Positions 60,879 through 64,000 of a stretch of 64,000 bases of DNA are shown one piece after another. The notes under the pieces were generated by a model that saw only the letters and a list, made by a program, of their open reading frames with translations, had not been told where the DNA came from and made no database searches. The stretch is from Dicyema japonicum (lineage: Eukaryota > Animalia > Dicyemida). The stretch lies in contig RDEW01000032.1 in the NCBI GenBank assembly GCA_011109175.1, forward strand, positions 22,459-86,458, in the 5' to 3' direction. Numbering within the stretch: the first letter of the stretch is position 1; each line of letters opens with the position of its first letter. The translations under genes and the position numbers were made by a program.

Positions 60879-63742
60879 ATGATTCTTTTCTGTTGGTTGC
60901 TTATTTTAAAAATTTCAAATGGTGATGAAATAATTGATAAGAAATTTGCATCGTGCTCAATTGGAAGTGAATTTAATAATTGTATGTGTATAAGTTATTA
61001 ATAGGTCTTAGAGAATTACTTAGCTCACTTAGTCAGGAACCAAATTATTTGCAAAATTTAAATTACTTGTATGAAACAAAAGTTCATAGTTCATAATTTT
61101 TAGGTTAATGATGAAAATAGAGATATTTTCTATGAAAATGTAAAATCAACACCCTTTTTGAGTTTAGAGATATCTATTTGCCAAATAATGGCTTTCAATT
61201 TTAGTGATATTCATTTTAAGAATTTTGTAAAAAATGCCATAAAAGAAGAATTAAGAAATAGATTGCAATATATCTTAGAAAAATATTCTAAAAATGGAAA
61301 AGATTCTGAAATTTTTGTTGATAATTCTCGCTATGATCCGGATTGTATAGATGAAAAAAATAGGTTTATATATTTTAAAAGGATGTTTGATCAGTTATTA
61401 GAAAGTTTAGTAAGTTCTGGAGCGAGTTATTATTTTGTCGATGAGTATTTGAATAATATAATTAATGGTGGAACTGAATCAAATTTTGATATTTTCCTTA
61501 AAGTTACTAATTATCGATATGAATTTAAAAAAATAGTATTTATCTCAAATAATAATCCAAATATTGATGGAGGGTTACACTGGTGTGTTAGTATTAGAAA
61601 ATTAGATAATTGTATGTATGTAAATAATTCATAGGTCTTAAAAAATTAATCATTTTATTTAGTGAGGAACAAAATTATTTGCAAAATTTACAATTTTTAT
61701 ATGACCAAAAAGTAAATTTTTCATAATTTTTAGGATAATGATGCTAATAGAGATAATATCTTTGAAAATGTAAAATCAATACCTTTTTTGAGCTTAAAGA
61801 TGTCTATTTGCCAAATAATGTCTTTCAATTTTAATGATTTCCAATTTATGAAGTTTGTTAATGATACCATAAAAGAGGAATTGAGAAACAGATTACAAAA
61901 TATTTTAGATAATTATCTACAAAATATAAATTCTCTAGAAATAATTTATGTTGATAATTCTGCTTATGATACTAATTGTATAAATGAAAATAATATCTTT
62001 ATAAATTTTCAAATGATAATTGAATATTTACAAAGTGAAAGACCAAATGAAAATTCTACCTATATTTTATTAATGTCGAGAGATGATTTCGTGGATGAAT
62101 ATTTAAATAACTTGATAAATGGAGGAAATTCATCAAACTTTCAAATCTTTGTTAAAATAATAGGACCAAATTATAAATTAGAAAAATTAGCAGGTTAGTC
62201 ATTTTTTAATTCTAAGATAAATTGATAAGTAATCACACCGATGAGGTTTTAGATTTTAAATATATAATATTAGAACGGTCAAAATGTTAAAGATTTTTTT
62301 GAATTACTTGAATCAATAAATAATCTATCAAATGAAACAGCGTCTATAGCAAGAAAAGCAATCTTTGATCCAGTGAATGGCATTCCTCTAGATAGTAATA
62401 AAAAATATGAAATCATCGAACAAAAAGTAGAAGGTAAAATAGAATTTTCTTCAAAAAGTAATGTCTCTGGAGAAATTGAATTACGTACTTATGATATTAG
62501 TAACTTTTAATATAAATCGAGTCCGCGTGGTTTTTCATAATGAAAGCAAACTAACTCCTACAATTGGACCAATTCCACAATCAGAACAAGTTTCAGTTGT
62601 CGCTGAATCTGAAATTAAATATTTAATATTAAAATTTCCAAAACATTCAAACTATAGTGAATATACAAATAAAGTAGCAAAACATGTTAATTATAGGGGT
62701 TATTTCCAAATTGTGTATTTTACAACAGCAAAACTTTTCTTTGGGAAATTGTGGGTGAAATAGAAATTTCTGGATTGTTTTATAGCTGTAAATCTCCGCA
62801 TTTGACAAGTTTTGCAATTCTATTTGTAATCATACTTTTCACGTTAGGGTCCAATAACTACGACTGAACAAAAAATAATGAAACAACAGTGATTACAATA
62901 ATTGGAATTTCTATCTCCACAGTCGCTATAATATTTTCATTTATTATATTTATAATCAAATTTAGGTTGGTATTATTTATTTAATTGAGACTTTTGAAGA
63001 ATTCTATTTTTCAAATTCTTTTACTTAATTTGAAAACATCAATTTTGATGTTGAACATGGTGTTTATTTTTGGAATCATTTATTCTTCACAGAAAAGTTT
63101 TATAGAATGCGTAATAGTTGGAGTTTTACTCCACTATGGAATTTTGACTCAATTTTTGTGGATGTTCATAATATCATTTGTACATTATTTAAAATTTAAC
63201 AAAGTAATTGGAGTCAACATAAAATATTTGAAGGTCAAAGCATTTGTTATTAGTTGGGGTTTAATATTAGTTTTATTTGTAATTAGGTATTCCACTCTTC
63301 ATTGTCAGTTTAATTTTAATAATAAATAAAAATGTTTATTATTCCGAAGGGAAATGCATGATAACCGGACTTGGCTTTTATTTGGGATTGCTTGCTCCAA
63401 CTATAATATGTCTGCTTCTAAATTTTATATTATACATTATTTTGATGTGTGGATTTAAGAAATCTAAAACACCAATAAATACAAAATCAATTAAAAACAA
63501 AATTTTATTTTCACTTTTTATTTTTTCTGGTAAATTTATAAAATATTTTAGGACTTCCATGGATTTTATTATTTTTTGTTAGATTTAGCACGGTGTTAGA
63601 ATATTTTTTTATTATCTTCGTTAGTTTTCAAGGTTTGTTCATTCTCCTTTTAAATATTATGAATTTAAAACAAACGTTAGTTAAAAAAATAATTCCAATT
63701 AATGATAACGAACAACAAACAACTCAAATAATCTTACCTTAG
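60879..63742 (+). CDS. Adhesion GPCR paralogue B: signal peptide, two tandem ectodomain modules, GAIN/GPS, 7TM; 12 introns of 22-28 nt, frame open throughout
   Basis: MILFCWLLILKISNG; GPS CVFYNSKTFLW...CKSPHL|TSFAILF; TM3 LLHYGILTQFLWMF; TM4 SWGIPLFIV; TM6-7 GLPW..YFFIIFVSFQGLFI. The C-tail would run to about 63847 if one base is restored, as in paralogue A. Confidence 0.88.
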
Positions 63743-64000
63743 AAATTGACAATGGAAATTTACCTTTAACTAAATCAAATTTTTTTTCTAAAGCTTATAA
63801 ATTTATTTTTTACAAAAATTTTATTTCCAATAAAAGACAAAATTTAACAGCACGACAATTCACACTAATTAATATTACTAACGTTATTAAAAATCTTGTT
63901 TATTTTGTTTATTTGCTAACTATGTTCATATAAAACATAATCATAAAAATATCTTCATATACATGTACTTACTTTCAGTTGATTTTCTAAGTTCTTTAAT

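Overview
AT-rich eukaryotic genomic DNA (standard genetic code), very probably from an animal. It carries an mL37/MRPL37 homologue and adhesion GPCRs, and its host genes are broken by extremely short GT-AG introns, mostly 20-28 nt. Such introns are known from highly reduced parasites such as dicyemids; a myxozoan is also possible, and the taxon is an inference. By splicing the genes manually I identified MRPL37, CCDC12/Cwf18 and EIF2B5 (eIF2B-epsilon), two adhesion-GPCR paralogues (one with a duplicated ectodomain module), three copies of a secreted His-rich protein ending in a 4-Cys saposin-like motif, and a conserved micro-ORF head-to-head with each of those copies. The GPCR 3' flank, His-rich gene and micro-ORF recur together as a segmentally duplicated cassette, which is the best candidate for an undescribed system. 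Much of the rest is transposon debris: RTE, Ingi/Vingi-like LINEs (5' HDV-ribozyme-like pseudoknot plus a 2A peptide, with short non-autonomous derivatives), at least 8 CRE-clade fragments, a Jockey-like LINE, Ginger-type integrases, tRNA-derived SINEs and hAT/pogo ends. Many frameshifts are 1-nt indels in homopolymers, even in essential eIF2B-epsilon, so some apparent pseudogenes may be assembly errors. I found no rRNA, intact tRNA or CRISPR array. All homology calls come from motif recognition by eye, without database searches.
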